NCBI RefSeq assembly: GCF_000143415.4
Contig: NW_003314263.1
Location: 1,824,749 to 1,888,748 of the forward strand
Length of the DNA stretch: 64,000 nucleotides
Reading direction: 5' to 3'
Origin: Selaginella moellendorffii
Lineage: Eukaryota; Plantae; Lycopodiophyta
In this document: positions 11,703 through 24,459 of the stretch, in pieces
Layout of the letters: every line of letters starts with the position of its first letter
Position numbering within the stretch: position 1 is the stretch's first letter
Program-made: the position numbers and the translations under genes
Notes under the pieces: generated by a model
Database searches by the model: none
The model's input: only the letters and a program-made list of their open reading frames with translations
Told to the model about the DNA's origin: nothing

Positions 11703-12439
11703 TCATCGCTCACTTGCTCGCAAAGCGATATACTCCTTGAGCTTCTCGACTTGCGGCAGCGCCACTTTGGCCGAGGGATGCTCGGACGCGGCCGCCAAGA
11801 GCTTGTGGAAACGCGGGCATTTCGCGGGCTTCAAGCCCATCGCTTGCTCAACTCCTGGGATCCACACCGCATAGGGTGCCAGCAGCACATCCAAGAACGA
11901 CATGCTCGCGCCACCAAAGAAGGGGCCCTCTTCCTCACTGCCCAGCTCCGCCAGAGCTCCCTCGATAAGCAAACAGTTTTGGTTGAACTCCTCGTTCACG
12001 GCCGCGTCACCGTTACTACGCAAGAATCGTATCAAGGAGTCGGAAAGCTGTGTGATCGATAAGCAAGAAGAGTATGAAACCCGTAGCAGCAGATTTCTAG
12101 TAAGAGAATCCATACCTTTTTGTCGATGAAATCGCTCCAGAATCGGTGCTGTGCGCGAAGGAATGCGTCCTGAGGCAAGAGTGGGCTAGTTTCGGGCCAG
12201 ACCTCGTCGATGTAGTGGATAATGATGGCCGATTCCAGGATGGGCTTGCCCTTGTGGATGAGAACGGGGATCTTCTTGTGAACTGGATTGGATTCGAGCA
12301 GGATCTTACTCTTGTTGCCAAGGTCTTGGGGGAGATCTTCGTGCTCGATGCCTTTGAGCGCTAGTGCAAGCTTGACTCGCATGGAATAGGGGCTGGGCCA
12401 AGCGCTGAGCAGTGTCACCTCTTGATCGCGAGAAGCCAT
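11703..12439 (-). CDS. GSTU: tau-class glutathione S-transferase copy 1 (exons 12439-12116, 12047-11703)
   Basis: SAWPSPYSMRV (catalytic Ser), SNPVHKKIPVL, ESAIIIHYIDE. 68-nt GT-AG intron after FIDKK. Confidence 0.94.
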
Positions 12440-13118
12440 GGCTGGAAAATTGAGAAGGAAAATTGGAAATGCGAATGGAATGAGGTTTGATCGAATGAAG
12501 GGTCGCTTTTTATAACATAAAGGGCGTGTTCAAGGTGGCTCCACCTACGTGAATTTCCGAGAAGGCAGAGGAGAAGGCTGAAGGTAACAGGCTTAAACTT
12601 TAAAAAATCGATTGATTTTGACTTTGGTCCTTCCATGAGCCTGAAGCTTAGCCCATTCTTCACGGTGATCGTATCCAACAGCAAAGCTCAAGCCCTGCTG
12701 GGGGAAATTGTCTCATGGCACATCCAGAAATTCTTGAAACACTTTATTGGCCTTTGATTTTTGCTTGTTTTTTGCAGTAACTTGTGATCTCGAATACAAG
12801 AGCCTCCTGTTAAGAGTATCAGCCCAAAGTCATCAAATTAAACCCAGCATGATCCTGTTCTTGAGGAAAAAATACCCCAGTAATTATCTCACTATCTGTG
12901 AAAGTAGTTCTTGCTATTGGTCTCTTTTTTACCTCACAGTATGGAAGCAATCTGGATATTTGCCTATGCTCTTATTGAAATTCCTGACCTTTGGGTGAGG
13001 TTTAATGCTTGAGAATAATTGTGAGTGAGTTATTGTAAAGGTTAATAAAACTGTTAATTTTGTATGAAATAAAAATAATTAGAAGTATATGTTTTTAAAA
13101 TAATTTCTAAAGTTTTTT

Positions 13119-16100
13119 TGTGAGGGTCAAGTATATATGCCGTATACTAATATTAACGTAGTAGAATTTTGATAGCCGTCGGATTGGTTTCAATTCGGAC
13201 CACTTGCTTTTATATATAAACTAAGGTTTTTAGGCTAATTGATATGCACATTTCCTGTATTCCCTTTCCATATTCTAAACACTCACATTGAGCACCTTTA
13301 ATTGTCCCTGATAAGTGCTTGGATTTGGGATTTTGGTTTAGATCTAACTTTTGCATTGTTTAGATCTAGTTTTTTCCATTTCCTTTCTTTTATTCTTTCC
13401 TTTAAAGATTTTGGTTTAGATCTAGCTTTTTGCATTATTTAAATTTACCATTTCCTTCTAGCTTTTTGTCATTTCTCTTTTTTTCTCTTTCTTTTTTGTT
13501 CGTCTTCATGGTAGATCAGCAATCTCCTCCTTTGACTCTGGAGTAGCAGTTGATACAATTGCTTGATGCTATGTGCTTGCAATTGAACAACCAAACTCAG
13601 TTGATGGCATCATTCACAGCACATGGTATAACTCCTCCTGCTCTTGGTGCTAATCCTTGCGTTCGGCCGGAGTTCTTTCGCGGGAATCCTAAGGATGATG
13701 TGTACCATTGGTTCGATCACTTCACGGTGATTGCCACATATCATTCTTGGGATGATGCTCAACATTTGCGTGAGTTTCCCACGTGTCTCCAAGGGATGGT
13801 GTTGCAGTGGTACAATGGTTTGAGTGCAGCCACTCGTGGGGATTGGAGTGTTCTCTCAAACGTATTCAAATGTGCCTTCGGACATGCCGACAATTGTGAT
13901 GATGCCTTCTAACAATTGCATCATCTTCGCCAAGGGCCATCTGAGTTGGTGATGCAATTTGGCGTTTGTTTCCGAAGTCTTTTGTTTCGTGCGGAGTCAA
14001 ATATGTCGGAGCGGATCAAGCTAGGAATGTTGTAGCCAGCACTTCATCAAGATTTTGTCAGACTTGTGCATGCACTTGCTTCCGCCACCCTTGACAATGC
14101 TCTTCACTTGGCATAACATTATGAAACGTCACATTTTCCACTTCTCGATGCACGTCCTTCAACTCCACTTGATGCTGTTGCTGCTCGAGTCCAAGGACAA
14201 GGGCGAGAACATGGTCCTGGCCGTGATGTTCACTACTAGGCATGTGATGAAATTGGTCATATTTATCGATGTTGTTAGCATTTTCCAGATTGACAACCTT
14301 CATTTCCTAGGTGGAGACCTTGGCGTCAGCAACGTCCCATTGGTGCTGCTGTAGTGGAAGGTTTGGACACCGAGATGCATCCGGGAAATGAGGAGTCACG
14401 CAAGTAATGGAGGGACCTTGCACAAATAAATCAGTGATCTCTTCATCTTTCTTTTGGGAGTATCATTAAGGGGTTCACTTGGCACCAGTTCATCCAGTGT
14501 TTACTTTCCAAGCTTGTTTTTATAACAAGAGGTCTCCTATTATTTTCTCCGTGTTGGTTGATACAGATTTGAGTTTATCTTCTATTGCTCGACTTGTTGC
14601 CACATGTTGCCCTCTACACTAGTGTCGTGCGGCAGAACCAGTTTTCATTCTTTATGGCAACAGCCATACACATGCATGTGCACGGGATGAGGCGGACCTA
14701 ATTGTGCATGTGGGTGATTTCGAGCTTGAGTTGCAGTCATTGCGGGTGGTGCTGAGTCAAGCTTTTGACCTCATTCTTGGTATTGATTGGTTGCAGTGCA
14801 ATCATGCCAAGTGTGACTTTGAGGCTTCTCCCTCTTGTCTTATACTTCCTTATGTTTCATCCATTTCTTTCACTTCCATACCTCTTCATCCCTTTACTTT
14901 TACCTTTGCTTCCATTACTTTTGTTCCCCCATTATTTCCTCCTATATTTCTATCTTGTTCTACTCTTCCCTTTTCTGATCCCTCTAACGATCTTTGTGTT
15001 GTAGTGGTTGACCGGCTCATAAAGGAGTATTCTGATCTCTTTGAATTTGACCTATCGTCTGGGGCCAAGATTATCACATGTCATTTGATTCCAACCGGGG
15101 ATGTTTGTCCAATCAAGGTTCCTATTTGTCGTTAGTCACCTAAGGAGATCAAGATTTTATGTGCAAACGTCAAGGAGATGTTGGAGAAGGGTATTATTCG
15201 GAAGTCATCGAGTCCTTAGGCATGTGAACTTCATCTTGTGATGAAGCTTGATGGGAGTATTTGTTTTTGCATTGACTATCGTCCGTTAAACGATGTGACG
15301 ATCCCAAATGTGTACCTTCTTCCTCACATTGCTGATCTCTTGGATCGTCTAGGGTGAAGTCGGTTCACCAAGCTAAATCTTGCTTCTAAGTACTAGCAAG
15401 TACCGATGGCTGAAGAAGATATTCCTAAGATTACTTTTCATACACCATTTGGTTTATACGAGTTCTTAGTGATGCTGTTTGGTTTGAATAATGCTCTAGC
15501 AACTTCTAGTAGATGATGGACGAGGTTCTTTGCAATATGCCAGAGGTGACTGCTGACTTCATTGATGATGTCTTGATCCACTCGGAGTGGACATGGGAGG
15601 AGCATGTTCATAATGTTTGTAAAGTGTTGAATCAGCTACATGACGTTGGTTTAAAGTTGAAGCGGTCGAAGTGCGTGTTTGGGTCTAAGGACACAACTTA
15701 TTTTGGGTACTATATTTCTAGTGAGGGTTTGCAAGTTGATCATAACAAATTTGTAGCTATTCTAAAGTTCCTTACTCCAAAGTGTGTGAATGATGTGCAG
15801 TGCTTCTTGGGCAAGGTGCAGTATCTCAGTTGTTTTATGGATCATCTTTCTGATTGCACTGCACCGTTGCGAGCATTATTGAAGTCATCAACACCATCTT
15901 TCATTTGGTCTTTGGATTATGAGCGAGCGTTCGTGGATCTCAAAAAGCTATTGACAACTCCTCTGGTTTTGGCATATCCTGACTACACTCGACCTTTTAT
16001 TTTGCACATGGATGCTTCCAATATTGGTCTTGGAGGTGTGTTGATGCAAAAGAGCCTGAGTGTGCTTAGTCAACACCATCCTATTGCATATATAAACCGT

Positions 16101-18014
16101 ACATTACAACTAGCGAAGGTGAACTACTCTACAACAAAAAAGGAGTGTTTAGCAGTAGTTTGGGGTTTCAAGAAATTTCAAGCTTATCTACATGGTTCTC
16201 GAACGTTACTTGAAGGTGACCATGCTGCCGTTACTTCATTATTGAAGTGAAAGAACCTTGTTGGTTGTACTGCTCAGTGGGCTTTAAAGCTTCAGATATA
16301 TGATTTTGATGTTGTTTATTGCCTAGGGAGTTTTATAGCTAATGTTGATGCCCTTTCTCAAGTTCCTTTTCCTTCTCCACTGTTTTCTCATGTTTCTGAC
16401 AAGTCTATTGTTCCAGCATTTGTGGATTTTTTAGACGAGGATTCTGTGCCATCGGCAATTGTTGTACTTGACGTTTAGTGTCCATAAAGTGCAGAGCAAG
16501 ATCTACCTTCTCTTGATGAGATTCGCAAGGCTCAAAAGATTGAACTGTGTATTCGAAGGCTTCGAGATGGGTTTAAGAATTTTGCATCACTTGCTAATGA
16601 CTTGCCTTTCCGGCATTTATATTGTCAATATCACCTTGAAGATGGCCTTCTTTATTTTGTGGGGATGAATCTTGATGATCATTTACGGCTGGTGGTGCCT
16701 TCTTTCTTTATTCCGTAGTTTCTCCATGCTTACCATGATTCTCTTATTCTAGGTGGGCATATAGGACATCGTTGTGTAACCGAGAAGCTCCACAAATCTT
16801 TCTATTGGCCAAAGATATTATCCGGTATGTGATATTATCTGGTATGTGCATAGCTGCGTTTAGTACTAAGCTCGTAATACTCCCCCTTGTGTTATAGAAG
16901 GATGGTTGGAGTCAATTGTAGTTTTCCGTCCATTTGAGTTGGTGGCGTTTGATCTTATGGGACTTTTTCCACGGTCAATTGCTAGCAATGAGTATGTTAT
17001 TATTGTTTTTGACTACTTGACTCGTTAAGTGGAAGTTGGTGCTCTTACTAGTGCCTCTACAACTACTGTTGGATACTTCCTCCTTAATCGAGTGGTGTTC
17101 CAGCATTCTTGTCTAGAGCAAATTCTTTTTGATAATGATCACTTTCATGAGTGTTTATCATCTACAATCAAACAATCTGGTGAAACGGCTCGTTTGGACA
17201 TTCAAAGGGATGATTGTGAAGTATGTGAACTTTCAACATTTGAATTAGGATAGTTATTTGACGTCTCTTTGGTATGCATATGTCATAGGGGTGCAGAGTT
17301 TTGTTCGTGCTTCACTATATAAACTCCTATATAGTCATGATCCAATATTAGCAATGGAGTTGGATTTACCTTCACGATTGCTATGAGCTGCCGATGCTAG
17401 GTCGTGGGATCAGTATTTGAGGAGCATTCTTCCATTTATCCAAGCAGAGTCTGCCAAACACTTAGGCCGCATACAAGTGGGATAACAACAGTGCTACAAC
17501 TCCCATCATCATCCACCTGCAAAATACAAAGTGGATGATTTGGTGTTAATCCATTTTCCCTATCTTACGGTACGTGGTTTATCTAAGGGGCTCCCTGTGC
17601 AGTGGAAAGGATTGTATTAGGTGTTGTGGCAAATTAAACCACAAGTTTATGAGGTTCGGCATGACGTCCAGCAGACCGATCCTCTAGAGATTGTGCATGT
17701 GCAACAGTTGAAATGCTTCATACAAAGGGATCAAGAATAATTAATACCACCTATAAATCCGCTAATGCCTCCTCCTTATGTTCCTCTAGATTCCGGCCCG
17801 TCTACAAGAAAACCCATTATTCCGATAAGAGGGGATGATGTGAAGGCTAAGTGTACGGCTATGATGCTATATATTAATATTAGTGTAGTGGGATTTTAAT
17901 AGCCGTCGGATTAGTTTCAATCCCGACCGCTTGCTCCTATATATAAGCTAAGGTTTTTGGACTAATTGATATGCACATTTTCTGTATTCCCTTTTTATAT
18001 TCCAAGCACTCACA
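13119..18014 (+). mobile_element. degenerate Ty3/gypsy element with short LTRs (13119-13287, 17839-18014)
   Basis: Matching ~170-bp TG...CA LTRs and PPT aagaggggatga (17827-17838). gag, protease, RT (FIDDVL), RNase H and integrase remnants. Inserted into sequence that is uninterrupted at ~19800-19830. TSD ttttt/ctttt. Confidence 0.92.
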
Positions 18015-18219
18015 CTTTTATTTTTAATTTCAAGTATTAAAAATCTAAAAATGTTAAATTCCTCATTAAACTTAGAGGGCTTAAACAAATTTATCCTGTT
18101 TAAGCTTAACAATTGCAATTATATTTGAAAGGAACTGTGTGTATAATGAGTTATAAATATAATAATACAGTTATAGAATTCTAGAATATGTTTTTTTAAT
18201 TTAATTGGCAAGTGGGGAA

Positions 18220-18294
18220 GTGGAAGAAATCCAGGATGTCTTGGCGTTGCTCACTGGCGTGCTCAAGCAAGACCAGCTCCTCTTCTCTGGCGAT
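18220..18294 (+). pseudogene. 75-bp fragment of ATG11 exon 1 left at a duplication junction
   Basis: Near-identical to 20950-21024. Confidence 0.88.
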
Positions 18295-18415
18295 CACTGG
18301 GATTCTGTAACTCAAGGACTAGCACAATCTGCAAGGAGGACACTAACGTCTTGACTCCAATCTTCTTCCAGGACAGTCGGGCAAAAGATTTATTAGATTT
18401 GTAAACAGTCATAGC

Positions 18416-19152
18416 TCACTTGCTCGCAAAGCGAACGCGAATAAACTCCTTGAGCTTCTCGACTTGCGGCAGCGCCGCTTTGGCCGAGGGATGCTCGGAC
18501 ACGGCCGCCAAGAGCTTGTGGAAACGCGGGCATTTCGCGGGCTTTAAGCTCATCACTTGCTCAACTCCTGGGATCCACACCGCATAGGGTGCCAGCAGCA
18601 CATCCAAGAAAGACATGCTCGCGCCACCAAAGAAGGGGCCCTCTTCCTCACTGCCCAGCTCCGCCAGAGCTCCCTCGATAAGCAAACAGTTTTGGTTGAA
18701 CTCCTCGTTCACGGCCGCGTCATCGTTACTACGCAAGAATCGTATCCAGGAGTCGGCAAGCTGTGTGATCGATAAGCAAGAAGAGTATGAAACCCGTAGC
18801 AGCAGATTTCTAGTAAGAGAATCCATACCTTTTTGTCGATGAAATCGCTCCAGAAGCGGTGCTGTGCGCGGAGGAATGCGTCCTGAGGCAAGAGTGGGCT
18901 AGTTTCGGGCCAGACCTCGTCGATGTAGTGGACAATGATGGCCGATTCCAGGATGGGCTTGCCCTTGTGGATGAGAACGGGGATCTTCTTGTGAACTGGG
19001 TTGGATTCGAGCAGGATCTTGCTCTTGTTGCCAAGGTCTTGGGGGAGATCTTCGTGCTCGATGCCTTTGAGCGCTAGTGCAAGCTTGACTCGCATGGAAT
19101 AGGGGCTGGGCCAAGCGCTGAGCAGTGTCACCTCTTGATCGCGAGAAGCCAT
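18416..19152 (-). CDS. GSTU: tau-class glutathione S-transferase copy 2 (exons 19152-18829, 18760-18416), 222 aa
   Basis: Same motifs and intron as copy 1; ends EFIRVRFASK. Confidence 0.95.
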
Positions 19153-20328
19153 GGCTGGAAAATTGAGAAGGAAAATTGGAAATGCGAATGGAATGAGGTT
19201 TGATCGAATGAAGGGTCGCTTTTTATAACATAAAGGGCGTGTTCAAGGTGGCTCCACCTACGTGAATTTCCGAGAAGGCAGAGGAGAAGGCTGAAGGTAA
19301 CAGGCTTAAACTTTAAAAAATCGATTGATTTTGACTTTGGTCCTTCCATGAGCCTGAAGCTTAACCCATTCTTCACGGTGATCGTATCCAACAGCAAAGC
19401 TCAAGCCCTGCTGGTGGCAATTGTCTCATCCAGAACTTCTTGGAACACTTTATTGGCCTTTGATTTTTGCTTGATTTTTGCAGTAACTTGTGATCTCGAA
19501 TACGAGAGCCTCCTGTTAAGAGTATCAGCCCAAAGTCATCAAATTAAACCCAGCATGATCCTGTTCTTGAGGAAAAAATACCCCAGTAATTATCTCACTA
19601 TCTGTGAAAGTATTTCTTGCTATTACCTCACAGTATGGAAGCAATCTGGATATTTGCCTACGCTCTTATTGAAATTCCTGACCTGTGAGTGAGTTTTAAT
19701 GCTTGCTCAAACTTAGAATAATTGTGAGTGAGTTATTGTAAAGGTTAATAAAACTGTTGATTTTGCATAAAATAAAAATAATTAGAAGTATATGTTTTTA
19801 AAACCATCTCTAAAGTTCTTTTATTTTAAATCTCAAGTCTTAAAAATCTGAAAATCTTAGATTCTTCATTAAACTTAGAGGGCTTAAACAAATTTATCCT
19901 CTTTAAGCTTAACAATTGCAATTATGTTTGAAAGGAATGAGTTATAAATATAATAATACAGTTATAGAATTCTAGAATATGTTTTTTTAATTTTAAAAAT
20001 ATCATAATAAATGTATTTTACATAGCAAAAACTGAAAAAAAAGAACTTATAGAAATATTTATAAAATAAAATATATTATCAAAATCTTTAAGAACGTTGC
20101 TAGTGGTTATAGTTTTTCAATGTGAAATTGTGTTCTCTGTATATTAAAAAACTATACTTTCGACTCTATAAAAGTGTAATTTAAGTGTTGAAATTCTAGA
20201 AGAATCAGTTCAAAAATTATAAATGAAATGTATTATGCATTTGTAATGATAATAGGAAAGAGTCTTAATACAAAAAGTTTTCGAGCTATATAACAGAAGC
20301 CATTGACACATAAGAGAAAGTCCCTCAA

Positions 20329-20593
20329 TGGCAGCACCACCACTTTGGCCGAGAGATGACATGGCCTTGAAGAGCTTGGGCAGTGCTCCTGGCTCGTGGG
20401 CTTCAAAGAGAAACGGGCCCTCTTCCTCATTGCCCAGTTTTGTCGTAGTTCTCGATAAACTCGTTCTTTAGCGTCCATGAATCACAACAAGCAATCTGGA
20501 AAACTGTGCGATAGATCTTTGTGCTTACGCCTTTGCAAGCCAGTGCTTGGCTTGCATGGCAAAGAGCATCGAGCATGATCGCGAGAAGCCATG
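20329..20593 (-). pseudogene. collapsed GSTU relic
   Basis: Collinear patches of the GST gene: gatcgcgagaagccatgg (start), agatctttgtgct..gccttt, gggccctcttcctcattgcccag, actttggccgag. Confidence 0.75.
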
Positions 20594-20883
20594 GAGGAAT
20601 TTTAATTAGTGGTCACGCATAACCACTAGATTAAGGGCTAATTGTACCCAAGGATTGTAAGGTTGGAAGCATATAAACCCTATAAACCAGCGAGGGCTTC
20701 AGTTAGGGCGGCGTCCTCAAGTGGAGAAATCCTTGCTTTCCCCGCGGGCGCAATCCAAGTAAGCATTTGGGACGCGTGTGGCAGTGATCCACGCTTCCTC
20801 TTCTCCTCTCCTCGCTCCATCGATCGATCGCGCTCTTGGAAGAGGGCGAGGAATGTGAAAGGGCAAAATTTCCATCGCCAACG

Positions 20884-23800
20884 ATGATGATCCATGTCGC
20901 CGAGAGCGGCCAGTCCTTCGAGCTGGAGGACTGCCAGGCGGGGACGAGGGTGGAAGAAATCCAGGATGTCTTGGCGTCGCTCACCGGCGTGCTCAGGCAA
21001 GACCAGCTCCTCTTCTCCGGCGATGCCCGCTTGGATTCACACAGGTCACTGGGATTCTACCGCCTTTTAGACGATGAGAGGCCGATCTTCCTCTTCAATC
21101 GCCAGCGACTAGCGCCGAATTCGCCGCTGCCGCCACAGCAGGGAGCTCCAGAGAATGTCGTGCCAGTTCTTCCGGAGGCTCCAGCGGCCGAGAGGAGTGG
21201 AAGCTCCTCTCCTTTGGTTTCTTCCGAGAGGCAATTCCGGTATAACTTCCAGAAGGGTCACGCCATCTTGAGCGCTAGCCAGAAGAAGCTCGATGCATGC
21301 CACAAGCTCGCTCGAGAGATTCGTGTCCAGGACATGGCGCTAGAGACGGTCCGGCGAAGCATGGAGCAGCACTACCGCAGCATCCAGCACGTCTATGGCG
21401 AGTTTGTGGAGGATTTCCAGCGGCAGAGCCAGCAGCACACGGAGGTTCTGGCAAACTTGGGCAAGGATATCGAGAGGTTGCGTGCTTGCAAGCTCCATCC
21501 GGCCCTCAGGACGGAGACACGGTACACTCTCTTGGATTGCGTCAAGGAAGGGAGCTTGCGCAAGTCGGCCGACGACTGTGGCGTGTATCACAAGCAGCTC
21601 TGCGCGAAGGTGGCCGGGCTGGCGTCCGAGTACTCGGGCTTGAAGCGGAGGGTGGAAGACTTTCTCGAGGAGCCATCCGCGGTGAGCTTGGAGAATCTGG
21701 AGCGGACTCTTGGATTGCACGCAAGGTTTATCGATGAACAGTCGACGATCCTTCAGTCGTTGAGGTAAGAAAAAGAGTTTTTTAATGAAGTTTCTAGTGG
21801 AAGTTGAAATCATCTTCCTTCTTTCTTTCCAGGAAGGATGTGACCAAGGTGAAGAGGTTGAGCGATGACTACTCCGACGGAAGGTATTCATCCATGCAAG
21901 TTCAGGACGCACTGTTGGCTCTCGGCCCGATGCATGATGTGCAGGTCAAGAGTCACTTGCCGAGAATGGAGGACTGCGATGCCGAGCTCGCAAAGCTTCT
22001 CCAGCAGCTGGTCGTGGGGAAGAATGCGATGACGCTGTGCGTCCACCAGAGGATGCAGAGCGTGGCGTCGCTCCAGGCCAGTATAAAGTTGACGAGGAAC
22101 CAGATATCCGGGTTCCGGGAAGTCATGGCTCGTCAGGACGAGAACTTTGCGATGCTCAAGCAGTTCCGCAGGGTCGGGAGTTCTTACAAGGCTTGCCTCG
22201 CCGAGGTCGTGAGGAGGAAGTCTTACATGAAGCTCTACCTCGGGCAGGCCGGGCAACTCGCAGAGAGGATGGCCGCCAAGAGGGAGAAAGAGGTGGTCCG
22301 CAGGGAAGAGTTTCTACAAACGCACACTGCTGCTTTGCCTCGAGAGCTTTTATCGGAAATGGGACTGCTTGAGGTTCCGAGCCAGTTCCTCATCAACCTC
22401 GCATCTTTCGACTCCAACTTACTGGACATCGACTTGGCGGATGTGGAGAAGTATGCTCCTTATCAGGTAACAGGGTCACTCAAGGCTGATTCTCCGGCGG
22501 ACGACTGGTGTGATCCAGAAGGAAAGGAAGACTTTTGCAGTGACGAGATATCTGGCACGAGTAAGTTGGAGGTCGAGAATGCCAGGCTGAGAGCTCAGTT
22601 AGCAGCGTCCATCGCATTTATCTGCAGCGTCGACCCCGGCTTTCAGCCAGACATCCTGGGGGATGCCGAGGACCAAGAGATACGTGGGAACTTGAGCTCG
22701 GCCGAGAGAACTGCCGAGGCTCTGAGGCTGAAAGACGAGCATGCCAAACACTTGCACAGAATCATAAACGAGAAGGAGGGCCGGTGTAGTTCATACGAGT
22801 CCCGGATCCGAGAGCTGGAAGACAGGCTGAGGGAGCAAGAGGAACGTGAGAGAACCGACTTGGATACGATGTTGTCGAGTGAAGATCAACGTAGGGAAGA
22901 GTCGGATAACTCGGCTATCACTGGAGCAGCGGTGGAGCCGATGGATGGTGCCACGGGACAGGAAGACAGTAGCGCACAGTCCGAGGAGGCGAAGAACCAG
23001 CATCCAGTCAAGGACATGTTCTCACAGACGATGGAGTGGCCGGCGGACGAGCCCGTGCTTTCAGAGGTGGCGAGGCTTCGAGAAGAGCTTGAGACGAGCG
23101 CGGAGCTACTCAGGCAGTGTCAGATGAACTCTGCGCATCTGGAGAACCGGCTTCACGAGGCACGGGAGGAAGCGCAAATCCACCTCTGCGCGGCCGACCG
23201 CCGAGCGTCCGAGTACAACGTTCTTCGCGCCTCCAGCGTCAAGCTTCGCGGCTTGCTGGAGAGGCTGAGGAGCTGCATTGCCTCTCCGGCCGGTGGCTCT
23301 GCCGGTTTCATGGACTCTCTACGCTCCTTGTCCGCTTCACTGCCGAGGTAAGTCGTTCGTCCGCGCTTTGGAAAGTTTGCTAAGTTAGTTCTTTGGAACG
23401 CTTGCTAAGTTCGTTCTTTGGCAGTGATGGTGGAGACGATGTGGGAGCGGAGTTTCGATCGTTTATCAGCATCCTAGCGGACAGGGTGACGTTTCTGGCT
23501 CAGCAGCGCGCCGAGCTCGCCGAGCGCGTCAAGCTTGCGGAGAGCTCGCAGAGCCAGCTGAGGAAGGAGGTGGAGAACAAAGCCGAGATGGCCAAGAGCC
23601 TCTTCGCAAAGTGTAAACTTGAGAAACAGGTACTTACTCTAGACGACTTAGAGAGAATGGCTGGAGATTTTTTCTAAAGAAAAACCCGTTTTTTTTTTTT
23701 TTTGGTTCTTGACACCTTGGGAGACTCTGTGGAAACTTTGCAGGCTAGCAAGGAGAAGATCTGCCTGACACGATTCGAGGTCCACGAGCTGGCACTCTTC

Positions 23801-24118
23801 GCTCCAAACGCGGCTGGTCACTACGAAGCGCTCAACCGGAACTGCCCAAACTATTTTCTGTCGGAGGAATCCATCGCGCTGTTCCACGGCAAGAACGAGC
23901 AGCGGCGGAAGTATATAGTCGGCCAGATCGTCCACATCGAGCACCACACCGTCGCAGCGCCGCCCTGTGCTAGCTCCTCCAGCTTCTCAATCTTGGAGGG
24001 AGGAGCTTCTTCTTCCTCGTCGGTGATGGGGAGGCATCGAGCAAACTCGTATGGGCTACCCGTGGGAACCGAGTATTGGGTCGTGACGGTGGCGATGGTG
24101 CCGGGCCTTGATCTGTAA
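20884..24118 (+). CDS. ATG11: autophagy-related protein 11 (exons 20884-21764, 21833-23347, 23425-23629, 23744-24118; ~991 aa)
   Basis: N-terminal HVAESGQSFEL, ATG17-like coiled coil (YKACLAEVVRRK) and C-terminal ATG11 domain (GHYEALNRNCPNYFLSEES...YGLPVGTEYWVVTVAM). Exon phases join in frame. Start codon uncertain. Confidence 0.93.
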
Positions 24119-24459
24119 ATAGCGTTACTCATAGCAAACATTTATTGTGATCTAACACGATTGGAATGGATCATTCTTCGGATTAGAACTATCATTCTTC
24201 ACAGATGTGGCACGAGAAATTTGACAAAGCTGATGGAAAGGATCATCAGCGCTGCTGGTATCCCGTGGAAGACATCGATCTTGGCGACTTTCAGCGCTCA
24301 AAATGCGCCATGGACACGAGGCGCCTGAGTGACTCTAGTCTATCGCCGCAAAACCACGAGGAACCCTAGAATCAATGGCCCAGATCATATCCAAATATCA
24401 AAGAATATACCAAAGCCAAAGATTATTCGCAAGCATATCCGAAGCACCTAAACCCTAAA

